DNA of 64,000 bases. It comes from Naegleria gruberi (taxonomy: Eukaryota). Position numbers and translations under genes: made by a program. Every line of letters starts with the position of its first letter. The stretch's first letter is position 1. The stretch lies in NCBI GenBank assembly GCA_000004985.1, contig GG738869.1, one strand, 5' to 3'. Below the pieces are notes generated by a model that was not told the DNA's origin, searched no databases, and saw nothing but the letters and a program-made list of their open reading frames with translations. Positions 10,525-19,563 of the stretch are shown here, in pieces.

Positions 10525-11091
10525 ATGGGTTTGAAATTAAGTATTGATGCAGTTGAGGAAATGTTGATTCCTCCACCAGGAATGCGTATCACTCCAGTTC
10601 TTTTCACTGCCTTATTCTGTGGAGCATTCCTAGTATTGAAATTGATCATTCAGGACATTATTCTATTTGTAATGAAGAGAAGAAGCAAATATTTAGAGGT
10701 TGAGGAAGGGGAAGGATCATCAAACGATGCAGCATTACCAATGAGTACATTCGCACTCGTTCAGAAAATGCAACAAGATGACAAGAATTCCATTTTCACC
10801 TTTCTTATTGTTTTGATTCCATACTTGATCTACTCTCAATCCAGTTACTTTAATTACACCTACTCATCTATTGATAAGCAAGTTTATTGGAGTTATACAT
10901 GCATTGCCAATAGCATTTTTGGATGTCTTTTCATTTGCATCTTTACAATTTTAAGAGTCGTTCATTCAATTATTCTCAAAGTTGCTCCAAAATTGAATAT
11001 TGGTTTTTGGCTTGCAAATCATGTCCTATCCATTCTCTTTATTTTGTATGCAATCAGTCTTGCCTTTACCTATCATTACACATTCATGTAA
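10525..11091 (+). CDS. small multi-pass membrane protein (hypothetical)
   Basis: 188-aa ORF with ATG in an A-rich context and several hydrophobic segments. No homology recognised. Confidence 0.3.
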   Translation: MGLKLSIDAVEEMLIPPPGMRITPVLFTALFCGAFLVLKLIIQDIILFVMKRRSKYLEVEEGEGSSNDAALPMSTFALVQKMQQDDKNSIFTFLIVLIPYLIYSQSSYFNYTYSSIDKQVYWSYTCIANSIFGCLFICIFTILRVVHSIILKVAPKLNIGFWLANHVLSILFILYAISLAFTYHYTFM

Positions 11092-11544
11092 ATTTCACAT
11101 GCAACACGTTCAATGAAAGATGTGAAATTGTTCAACACAAAATAAATTTTTAATTTCCACCTCAAACCATAATTAATAATCTGCAATTCTAGAACATTGC
11201 GAGCTTGATATTGACAAGCAAGTATCCCTTCCAGAATAAATCAGTGATGCCTTAGCATTCTCATAAGCAAACAATGTCTTTCGCCTTTTACTAAAGACAT
11301 CCGTGTGAGTGTGTAATCATGGGCTTCACGAATTTTTCTGCCACTTTCTCGAGTGGACAATCTTAATAGAAAACAAGCATTACTATTATATTCAACATTA
11401 GAATGAGAATTTTGATTATGTTCCTTCATCGCAACTCCTCTAAATAATGTATTGTAAAGTAATATTATCGGATTTCCCTTCGAAAAACCATTTTGGGAAG
11501 ATTTAAATGACCTATCACAAGAAGAATCCAAGCTCTTTTTAAAA

Positions 11545-12285
11545 ATGTCTCAACACCACCAATGCAACACCTACACTGAAGCTCTTGATCAGATTCATCT
11601 GCAATCCCTCGAATATTATCAAGAAGTTGTCGATCAACAAGGAGGTTGGGAGAATTACAAAGTCACACCAGAACAAGCTCGATACTACATCAATAAGAAG
11701 AAGCATACTTATCATATTTGGATGGGTGAGATGAAGAATGTTCATTTGGGAGAATCTGTTGTGAAGGATTTGAGAGATTTCATCAAGTATTTGGATCATG
11801 AGGAGGTGAGATTATTGTGGGATGAAGAATTGGTCAAGAGTCAAACTATTCACGAAACAATTGCAAAAAATTGTAAAGAAAGTTGTAAGCATGATGATTT
11901 GAAAGTTTTTTATAGAGAGTTTAGTTCTGGAAGTAAGGCCATTTCGAATCGTGAATTTGTAGTTTCTAGAAATATTTATCAAGATCCCAAATTGGAAAAT
12001 GTGATGTGGTTGTGTACTCATACACCAATGGACTTTCCAGATTATGAACACAAGAATGCACCAAAGAATTCATCATGTGTAAGAGGAAAGGTCATGCTGA
12101 CTTCATGGAGATTTGAAAAGTTACCATCCACTATTGAAGGAAAATCATGTTTTAACATTTCTATAATGACACATTCAGAACCTGGAGGTTGGGTAACTGC
12201 TTCTTTGTTTAATAATAGTGCAGGTGATAGACCAGCAGCAACAGTTTCGAGATTGGTTAAATATTTACAAACAACCAAACAATAA
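11545..12285 (+). CDS. START / Bet v1-like lipid-binding domain protein (tentative)
   Basis: 246-aa ORF. Its C-terminal half (FYREFSSGSKAISNREFVVSRNIY...WLCTHTPMDFP...GWVTASLFNNSAG) resembles StAR-related lipid-transfer domains. Confidence 0.4.
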   Translation: MSQHHQCNTYTEALDQIHLQSLEYYQEVVDQQGGWENYKVTPEQARYYINKKKHTYHIWMGEMKNVHLGESVVKDLRDFIKYLDHEEVRLLWDEELVKSQTIHETIAKNCKESCKHDDLKVFYREFSSGSKAISNREFVVSRNIYQDPKLENVMWLCTHTPMDFPDYEHKNAPKNSSCVRGKVMLTSWRFEKLPSTIEGKSCFNISIMTHSEPGGWVTASLFNNSAGDRPAATVSRLVKYLQTTKQ

Positions 12286-12342
12286 ATAGCTAAAATATGT
12301 TTATTAAGGCGAAGTAAGGAATGATAAATTCATTTGGTGTAA

Positions 12343-12400
12343 TCGGGCGTGGTATAGTGGTAGCATTCCAGACTGTCACTCTGGCGACCCGGGTTCAATT
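12343..12400 (+). pseudogene. truncated tRNA-Asp(GTC) gene. The 5' 58 nt are present (acceptor 5' strand, D-arm, anticodon arm, variable loop, T-stem 5' half and T-loop) and end abruptly.
   Basis: The sequence is TCGGGCGTGGTATAGTGGTAGCATTCCAGACTGTCACTCTGGCGACCCGGGTTCAATT. Anticodon stem CCAGA/TCTGG, loop CTGTCAC with GTC anticodon, close to canonical eukaryotic tRNA-Asp. After TTCAATT the expected CCCGG plus 3' acceptor strand is replaced by unrelated AT-rich sequence. Confidence 0.6.
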
Positions 12401-12999
12401 TTATGTAGTTTTAGGTTTTGGAAATTTTAAATGAAAATTTATGTTCCAGCCTTTGTGGTCAATAAATACTAATCGTATTTAATTATGAATTAAGAGTTGC
12501 TCCAGAGGATCATGAAATGTTATATCATGATTAAATCCAATGGAAATGTTTGAATTCTTCATTCATAGAAGATGAAAAATGTGTTTAGGTGGTATTGTTG
12601 TTCTATTAATTAATAAAAATTGAAATTTAAGGTACCAATCTGCATGTTCACAAATCCCCCATTCACAAACCATGGCTGGAAAGGAATGCAGCAATCATCT
12701 ATGAACGAGGAAACCTACAGCGAAGCATGTTTCCAGTTCGATATCATGCTCAAGATATGTGACTACAGAGTCTTCATCTTGGTTAACCTCAAAGGTCAGA
12801 TTGACTCAAAAAAGTCGAGTTTATGTATTCCTACAGAAAAGATCCTGTAGAAGTACAGTCAATGGTTTTATCAATCTTGCATCCTCAATGATGTTATATC
12901 GGTTGTGAAAGTGAGAAATGTTGTGAGGAAAAGTTATGGTTAAAAAATTGAGAAAAATTAGAAGACATATTCAAGAAAATATTTGAATGAGTTGGAGAA

Positions 13000-13112
13000 A
13001 CACAAGGTCGTTTTTTAGTTGAGAATTTACAAATTTTGGTTGTTTAATTTGTAAATTGGAGAATTACTCTGTTGGAAGAAAATGATAAATAACTAAAAAC
13101 GACCTTGTGTGA
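13000..13112. repeat. 21-bp near-perfect inverted repeat (AACACAAGGTCGTTTTTTAGTT / AACTAAAAACGACCTTGTGTG) flanking a spacer of about 70 bp, forming a hairpin
   Basis: Read directly from the sequence. The arms at 13000-13020 and 13091-13112 are reverse complements with one T-length difference. Confidence 0.6.
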
Positions 13113-13161
13113 TTATTGATCTATTCCCATATGAAAATCAAGTTTGTTTCCCAAACATGAA

Positions 13162-13242
13162 GCAGGGGTTCCCGAGTGGTCAAAGGGGGTAGACTCAAGT
13201 TCTACTGCGCAAGCTTCGTGGGTTCAAATCCCACCTTCTGCA
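13162..13242 (+). tRNA. tRNA-Leu(CAA), type II with a long variable arm
   Basis: GCAGGGGTTCCCGAGTGGTCAAAGGGGGTAGACTCAAGTTCTACTGCGCAAGCTTCGTGGGTTCAAATCCCACCTTCTGCA. Anticodon stem GTAGA/TCTAC, loop CTCAAGT, T-arm GTGGG-TTCAAAT-CCCAC, acceptor pairing GCAGGGG/CTTCTGC. Closely resembles eukaryotic tRNA-Leu-CAA. Confidence 0.85.
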
Positions 13243-13596
13243 GCTTTTGCTTCTTTCTCCCTCAATATTTTTGGTAATACCACCAGTTTCCTATTTTTAT
13301 TGTGCGTATGACGTCTAGTTTCTATGGTAAAAGTTTGATTCAATTCCGTCAAGGCTCTATGAAGATAATCAATAAAGATAACACTGACCTCAAATATTCC
13401 AGTAAAAATACCTTTAAAAATTTCAAACAAACCAAAGATTGAGAAACAGCCGCTCATAGTTATTCTCTGAATGAAATGCCTTCTAGGAGCTACAGATCCA
13501 TATTGTTACAGCGGAATAAGGTTTTTGTGAATGACAACATGGAGAACATTTTGGAAATGAAAAGTTTAAAATATTAATTTGCTTTTCAAGTTCTAT

Positions 13597-14430
13597 TTAT
13601 TTCCACAGATTTTTCAATGGAAAATTAAATTCTTTCGATTTTTCTATAAGTGAATGGATGATTGACTTGTCAATTGAATCATTTTTGATGAGAACTTGGA
13701 GTGGATCTACCCTTTCAAATAAGGATATAAAATACAACAAATAAATTCCATTTTCTATTGATAGTAACTTATCTGAATATAATTTGATGAAAGAGTCCAT
13801 AATTGGATAGGATCTGTTCAATGTGTATACAAGTTGTGTTTTTTTGAACAATTGGAAATAATCTGGTAAGACTTTACACAATCTTTCCAATAGTGGGATT
13901 GTAAAATTGTTGGAAAGCAATAATTGGTCAAAATATCTTGGGACAGCAATCAATAAACACACTATAGTTCTGTGGTTTGTTTGAATTTTGTAAGCACCAA
14001 TCCATTTTAAATGATTTTCAAAGTAGGTCATATAAATTGACAGTTCCTTCTCCCGACATGCAAGTTCTGTATTCAATTCAAACCACCATGCACTCATCAA
14101 TATTTTGATTCTGTGATAGTGAAACTTTTTCATTAGTACTTCTTTTTCATTTTGATTTTTTGGGATAGTCTGAGATAGAATAATCAATTGTTGGCAATTT
14201 TCTTTTGGAAGTGGTATTTTGTTCCTTCTCACTCTTGACAATAAAACAAATTTAGGATTATTTGATTCGGAGATCATTGATGTGAAGGCATTCAGTAAAT
14301 CATTGGTAGTGATTAATTGACAAAATTGAGGTTCATTCTTCAAAAGTGTATACAGTTCGGAAAAAGGCAAGAATTTCAATATTAAAGATAGTATTTCCGT
14401 GGGTAAGCTAGTTACATAATAAATACACAT
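13597..14430 (-). CDS. F-box-like domain protein (hypothetical)
   Basis: 277-aa ORF starting at ATG. The N-terminus VTSLPTEILSLILKFLPFSELYTLL matches the F-box consensus LP.EIL..IL..L. The rest is Leu-rich. Confidence 0.5.
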   Translation of the reverse strand: MCIYYVTSLPTEILSLILKFLPFSELYTLLKNEPQFCQLITTNDLLNAFTSMISESNNPKFVLLSRVRRNKIPLPKENCQQLIILSQTIPKNQNEKEVLMKKFHYHRIKILMSAWWFELNTELACREKELSIYMTYFENHLKWIGAYKIQTNHRTIVCLLIAVPRYFDQLLLSNNFTIPLLERLCKVLPDYFQLFKKTQLVYTLNRSYPIMDSFIKLYSDKLLSIENGIYLLYFISLFERVDPLQVLIKNDSIDKSIIHSLIEKSKEFNFPLKNLWK

Positions 14431-14502
14431 TTTTTAATGTTGCGTAAATCCTCCCAAAAGATTGCACTTTGGTGTTTAATATCTTTGAAACTTGTTGCTG
14501 GT

Positions 14503-14513
14503 AAAAATTAAAA
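14503..14513 (-). terminator. RNA polymerase III T-run terminator just 3' of the 5S gene
   Basis: The minus strand reads ...GGTGCTGTAGTC followed by TTTTAATTTTT. Confidence 0.5.
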
Positions 14514-14631
14514 GACTACAGCACCACAGGTTCCCAAGTTGTCTCCAACCTCAGTACTGATGTGGCTCGACGATGCTTAACTTCTCAAATCGGACGGGAT
14601 GAGGTGCATTCATCGTGATATGGCCGTAGCC
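14514..14631 (-). rRNA. 5S ribosomal RNA gene, about 118 nt
   Basis: The minus strand reads GGCTACGGCCATATCACGATGAATGCACCTCATCCCGTCCGATTTGAGAAGTTAAGCATCGTCGAGCCACATCAGTACTGAGGTTGGAGACAACTTGGGAACCTGTGGTGCTGTAGTC. Helix I pairs GGCUACGGC with GCUGUAGUC. Conserved 5S blocks CGGCCATA, TCCCGTCCGAT, AGTTAAGC, AGTACT and TGGGAA..GGTGCTGTAG are present. No ORF crosses it. Confidence 0.85.
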
Positions 14632-14883
14632 GTCTACTTCATTAAAATCACTCTTTTATTCCTTCCTCAACTTTAAGTATTGCTTAACCATCATCCTTGT
14701 TAAAACTCCTTCTTATTCTCCTCCTGTCAGCTTCATCTTGCAAATGCACGTTATCCAAATTATCAAATCTCAAGAAATCGCTTCAATAAATTACTACAAC
14801 ATGAACGTTGAAGCCTTTTTGAGCGTTTTTAAAAAGAATATTCAAAACACTTCACGAATAAGCTCAAAAAAAAAATATCAAAG

Positions 14884-15471
14884 ATGCCAGCCTACAAGAA
14901 AGCACAACAATACGATTCCGACGACTCTGAAGAACAACAAGAAGAACAAGAAGTCATTGAAGAAGCTGAAGAAGAAATTCAAGACGTTAACGATGCTTCT
15001 GAAGATGAAAATGCTGATTCTGATGATGATATGCCAAAGAATAAGCCATTGAAGAAGCACGGTTTCAATGGTGGTAACCGTGGAGGTTTTGGTGGTGATA
15101 GAGAAGGTGGCCGTGGTGGCTTCAGAGGTGGAAGAGGTGGCCGTGGTGGTCGTGGAGGATTCAACAGAGATGGTCCACGTGGTATTGAAAAGCAAGATAA
15201 GATGGGAGGTGGTTTCAGAGGTGGCCGTGGTGGTTTTGGTGGCGATAGAGGTGGCCGTGGTGGTCGTGGTGGCTTCAGAGGAGGTCGTGGTGGTAGTTTT
15301 GGTGGTGATAGAGATGGAGGAAGAGGTGGTTTCAGAGGAGGTAGAGGTGGTGGCCGTGGTGGTGGCAGAGGTGGTTTTGGTGGTGATAGAGGTGGCCGTG
15401 GTGGTGGTCGTGGAGGATTCAGAGGAGGTAGAGGTGGTCGTGGTGGTAGAGGTGGTTTCAACAGAGATTAA
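14884..15471 (+). CDS. glycine/arginine-rich (RGG/GAR) protein with an acidic Ser/Asp/Glu-rich N-terminus, nucleolar-type
   Basis: 195-aa ORF. The N-terminal 60 aa are D/E/S-rich, followed by repeats of GGRGGFRGGRGGRGG. Overlapping alternate-frame ORFs are artefacts of the GGN repeats. Confidence 0.6.
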   Translation: MPAYKKAQQYDSDDSEEQQEEQEVIEEAEEEIQDVNDASEDENADSDDDMPKNKPLKKHGFNGGNRGGFGGDREGGRGGFRGGRGGRGGRGGFNRDGPRGIEKQDKMGGGFRGGRGGFGGDRGGRGGRGGFRGGRGGSFGGDRDGGRGGFRGGRGGGRGGGRGGFGGDRGGRGGGRGGFRGGRGGRGGRGGFNRD

Positions 15472-16111
15472 TTTCTTTATTCACCCTAGAACCATTTCAA
15501 AAGAACCTATAGTTGTAGTGCTATCATTCCTGTTATCTTTGTGGAGTGAATTAATACTGCTGCAATGGTTCTTTTCTCTATTGTTACCAAGATTTTTGGT
15601 GACATTTTCTCTCAACACTTGTTTATACACTTTAGGTCCAACTCAAATTCCCTCAACAAACTTGAAAGTCTGAGATGAGCCTGTCTCAGCTAAATTGAAA
15701 CAGGTCTATTTAATAACTAGGTCTGATTGGTCTTACTTGTTTGCTTGACCCATGCTAAATATTCATTTATTATAATATTATCAAGTTTGTTCATTATTTT
15801 AAAAAGCCACACACAGTTCGTATGTATGAGGGAAGCTATGAATTGATTCAAATATCAATCTAGCACAAAATCGCAAGTCAGATATCATGGCTGACAACAA
15901 GCAAACAGACCAATGTTATGTTTCAACGAGTTGGATGAATGTGGTGTGAATAGTTGGGAAATATGTCCAATGTTTGAATAGGCAATAATGTGGAATATTT
16001 GGAAGTTGGCAAGATAGCAACTTGAATTGTTCGGAAAGTTTGTTGTGGAATTACTCGAGGAAATATTCACAAATTAGGATTTTGTTAGGAATTTATTAGG
16101 AGGATAATTGG

Positions 16112-17950
16112 TCAACAGAATTCTGGATGTCTGACATAGTCCATTGGTTCGGCTCCACAACGTTCATTCATTTTGGCATAAGGTTTAATTGTGGAAAAGT
16201 TGTCCAATTTCCAATACCAAGGTCCAGCTACTTGACAGTAAGGTAGATTATCATTGTTGACATTACACTTTTCAGGTCTCCAATTCAAATCCCATATTCC
16301 CAATTGGTATATATCCTTTGGGGTAAACTCACCACTTTCTAATTGGTTAGTCAAATTTCCAAATATTCCAGCAGCCTTTAACAAATTCATATACATTACT
16401 GAACATACCATCATTGGCTTGCCGTCATAAAGCCATCCATCTTTTTCAGGTAATGTAAGAGCATAATTGATTGTAATGTTCAATTTGTTCAAATAATCGA
16501 ATACACACATAACTTCCGTACAATTAGCATTAATTCCATAATAATGTTTGAGTCTTTGATTCATTCCTTTAAGGAAGAGCAAATTAATTGCAGAACCAGC
16601 ATACCAATTGTTAAATAGAACAAAAGTGGCACCAATCATATCTCCAGAGAGTGGGTGTGGATAATTATCTTCTTCAGTATCTATCCATGCATAGGCAATA
16701 TTTACAAAACCATATTCATTTCCTTCCAAAGTTTTAAACAACTCTACAGCTGCAGATTCATTATAGAGTTTTCTATATTCTGGAGCTAATCTTGCAATAA
16801 TAATGGTAGAATCAACTTGAGAAGCAGTGTACCATGCTGGCCATGGAGTTCTTCTGACTCCTTCCTCAGTCGACTCGACAACGTATTTAACACCATCAAT
16901 CTTTAAAATAGACGCAATATGTCCAGTTCTGGCTCCAGTTCCGTACATTAATAAACAATCCAATCCACTCAATTGAAGTTGCATGACAACATCACCACTT
17001 TCTAGCTCATAATCTTCCAAGTAAATTTGTTTGATAGGTCTTTCATTGAATTCAAAACCCATATCTTCTTTCAAGAAACTCATCTTATCCTTCTCAAAAT
17101 ACATGCCAGCAAGTAATTTTCCAGCATTGAAAGCATCAATAATGGTTTGGAAAATGGCATCTTTGAAATAAAACATTCTCAACCCATTTTGTAAAACGTC
17201 TTCCCATTCTCCGTCATCTTTCAAGTGTTCCAAAATCAGTTCATGTTTTCCGTGTGTGAATAGAACCTTGACAAAGTAATTTTCTCTTGTTGTAATAAAA
17301 TACCAATCATAACAGAGGTAAGATACTGGTCCACTTGTCTCAAATTCCAAAGTGACGGATTTCTTTGCAGAATCAATTTTGGTAATTCTGGCAGATGTGT
17401 TTTGGAAACAAGGAGCATAGGACCAACTAATTGGCTTGCCATCAATTTTAGCATTTCCAATAAATGATGGAACCCAATTTCTTCTATGATCTGGAGGCAT
17501 TGGATCTGAGCTACTTTTTCCAAATTGTGTCTTGATTGACTTGTTATTTTCTTTTGACAATTGCCACAATGCCTTCCAACTCATTCTCTTCATAGTTCTA
17601 GCAATTGATCTCGTTCTCACAAAATCACCCTTCCTTTCCACAAGCATGGTCTCCGTCTTGTGATAGAGTGATTCACTCTCAGTATAATATCCATTACTTG
17701 GTGATGCATAAATATTTCCTCTCTCGTGATGTTCTTTATGATGATGAATATTATTGTTACTATTCAATAATTGTTGGGTAAACTTATTAAAAGTTTCCTT
17801 GTTAGAAGTTACATAGGTGAGTGAAGCCTCTTCATGATGATGATCAAACATCGGAATGGTTAATTTTGCATTTACAATTACAATTGATAGAATCAATAGT
17901 ACAATATTTATCCAATTATAAATAATAAAATTCTTCCCCCGCAACATCAT
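16112..17950 (-). CDS. type II membrane or secreted protein with a His-rich region (hypothetical)
   Basis: 612-aa ORF. N-terminal hydrophobic segment NWINIVLLILSIVIVNA, then His-rich stretches and a large Cys-containing luminal domain. No confident domain match. Confidence 0.45.
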   Translation of the reverse strand: MMLRGKNFIIYNWINIVLLILSIVIVNAKLTIPMFDHHHEEASLTYVTSNKETFNKFTQQLLNSNNNIHHHKEHHERGNIYASPSNGYYTESESLYHKTETMLVERKGDFVRTRSIARTMKRMSWKALWQLSKENNKSIKTQFGKSSSDPMPPDHRRNWVPSFIGNAKIDGKPISWSYAPCFQNTSARITKIDSAKKSVTLEFETSGPVSYLCYDWYFITTRENYFVKVLFTHGKHELILEHLKDDGEWEDVLQNGLRMFYFKDAIFQTIIDAFNAGKLLAGMYFEKDKMSFLKEDMGFEFNERPIKQIYLEDYELESGDVVMQLQLSGLDCLLMYGTGARTGHIASILKIDGVKYVVESTEEGVRRTPWPAWYTASQVDSTIIIARLAPEYRKLYNESAAVELFKTLEGNEYGFVNIAYAWIDTEEDNYPHPLSGDMIGATFVLFNNWYAGSAINLLFLKGMNQRLKHYYGINANCTEVMCVFDYLNKLNITINYALTLPEKDGWLYDGKPMMVCSVMYMNLLKAAGIFGNLTNQLESGEFTPKDIYQLGIWDLNWRPEKCNVNNDNLPYCQVAGPWYWKLDNFSTIKPYAKMNERCGAEPMDYVRHPEFC

Positions 17951-18494
17951 CTCTCTCTTATATTGTATTAAAAAAGTGATGTTGTTGTTTTTTGCTTTGG
18001 AGTTTTTAAGATTTTTTTTAAAATTAGAATTGATTTGGATTCTTGAAGGAAGTTGTTTTACAAAATGGTTTGTTGTAAAGTAGAGTCCAATTTAGCTGTT
18101 TGTATACAATGTGATATTTCAAATATAGAGAATAGGGAATGTATTCAATAAAGATTTTTTCCCATCTAGCAAGGAAACCAAAGAGTTCTTTAAATTGTAA
18201 TAATTGTTAGTTCCGTAATTAATGTTTCCAATAGTTATTGAAGCTTTACATTTCTGAGATTTCCAATACTGGCTTGAACTAATTTACAATCTTCTTCAGA
18301 AATTGGAGTTAAATGCTTTTTATATTTGGAAAAAATCTTTTGTATTACGAAAATAATCATCAACTTCCTTATCAATAAATATTTTGGTTTTATCCTCTAA
18401 TCAATCATATGCTTTTGGTCTCTTTTCAAAGTCCGTTGCTATTTCATAATCTATTGAAAAGGAAACACGATTGATTGATACGCTTGTTGGGAAA

Positions 18495-19060
18495 CTAGTT
18501 GTGAGTTTTCTTATTTGGAGAGCTAGTATTCATTTCTTGGGTTTGTTCGGTAGTGAGATATTTCTCAACTTGATCAACTTGTGGATACCATAAATTTGAA
18601 ATTAGTATAGAAACAAGATCTATTCTTTTCTTTAGGTTAAAGTGACTATATGAACCAAAATATGACAAGGTATAAGCCAGCTTAATGTTTTCATCAACAG
18701 GACATACAAATTGCACTTTGTTGGTTTTCCAGTCACGCCTAATATTTGTAATTCTTTGTGCCATTCCTCAAGTGGGCTCTTTATCAATTTTCTTGCAGTA
18801 AACGCCAAAGTCAATTGCAGGTCCAGTAATTAAAGGGATGAAATCTTTGTGCAAAGAGTGACGGCTGTACGAAACAGACGAATCTTACCTAATTAGTTTG
18901 ATAAATTTATGGTTTTTGTACTCATCAATTGATAAACGAATTTTCTTATCATTAATAAATAAACCAACATGTTCCAATCCTTTTCTCAATTCCTGCAAAT
19001 TGTTGTTCTTAAAAATGGTTGTAAACTTTTGTAGTTTTATTTGCCCTAATCTGCTGTTTT
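18495..19060 (-). pseudogene. degenerate coding remnant or unrecognised multi-exon gene (tentative)
   Basis: The minus strand has protein-like segments in one frame (...INDKKIRLSIDEYKNHKFIKLIR, then RHSLHKDFIPLITGPAIDFGVYCKKIDKEPT, then GMAQRITNIRRDWKTNKVQFVCPVDENIKLAYTLSYFGSYSHFNLKKRIDL...). They are interrupted by a 24-nt GT..AG segment containing TAA (18864-18887) and one in-frame TGA. Confidence 0.25.
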
Positions 19061-19119
19061 TTAAAAGAAATATCGTTTGGAATTCACAACAGAAACACGG
19101 AATTGTAAATTCGAAAAAA

Positions 19120-19437
19120 ATGGAGGAAAAAATTCCTGCGATTTTTCATCGAGAAGTAATCACAAAATTTGATTTTCTACCCAAGCTAAAGCATTCGACT
19201 ATTGCAAGACATTCAGAATTTCAAAAATTCCTATCAAATTTTCTACGCGAATACAATTCTTCAAAGAACCAAATTCCTTCAAGACGATATGGTAAATATG
19301 CAACCACTAAAGAAGTGAGTGCCATCATCAAGGAAATTCTAGAGTGGTACTGGCTAGATACGGAGGAGGAGAAGGATAGCACTGCTCTTGGATTAATTCT
19401 GGAGAGAATGGGATTTCCGAATCATGTGATTAGTTAA
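19120..19437 (+). CDS. small ORF immediately upstream of the RdRP, in the same frame. It is either a separate small gene, a uORF, or a 5' exon of the RdRP.
   Basis: ATG at 19120 after an A-run. 106 aa ending at TAA 19435-19437. The RdRP ORF continues in the same frame 9 nt later. Confidence 0.3.
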   Translation: MEEKIPAIFHREVITKFDFLPKLKHSTIARHSEFQKFLSNFLREYNSSKNQIPSRRYGKYATTKEVSAIIKEILEWYWLDTEEEKDSTALGLILERMGFPNHVIS

Positions 19438-19563
19438 GGTCTGGAAGTGTGTAATTTTATTGGTCATTTCCATTTGGATACTTGTTTGGTTTTCTTGTTA
19501 TCTTCTTATAAGTGGTTGCTGAATGAATCCTTTTTCAAGAAACAACAACACAATAGCAATTTC

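Noticed and set aside
14738-15673. Overlapping ORFs 14738-15052 (+), 14878-15195 (-), 14979-15461 (-) and 15068-15673 (+) around the RGG gene
   Set aside because: They are artefacts of the GGN/CCN and GAA/GAT repeats of the Gly/Arg-rich and acidic regions (poly-Pro antisense, poly-Val alternate frame). Only 14884-15471 has an ATG in good context and a sensible acidic-then-RGG architecture.
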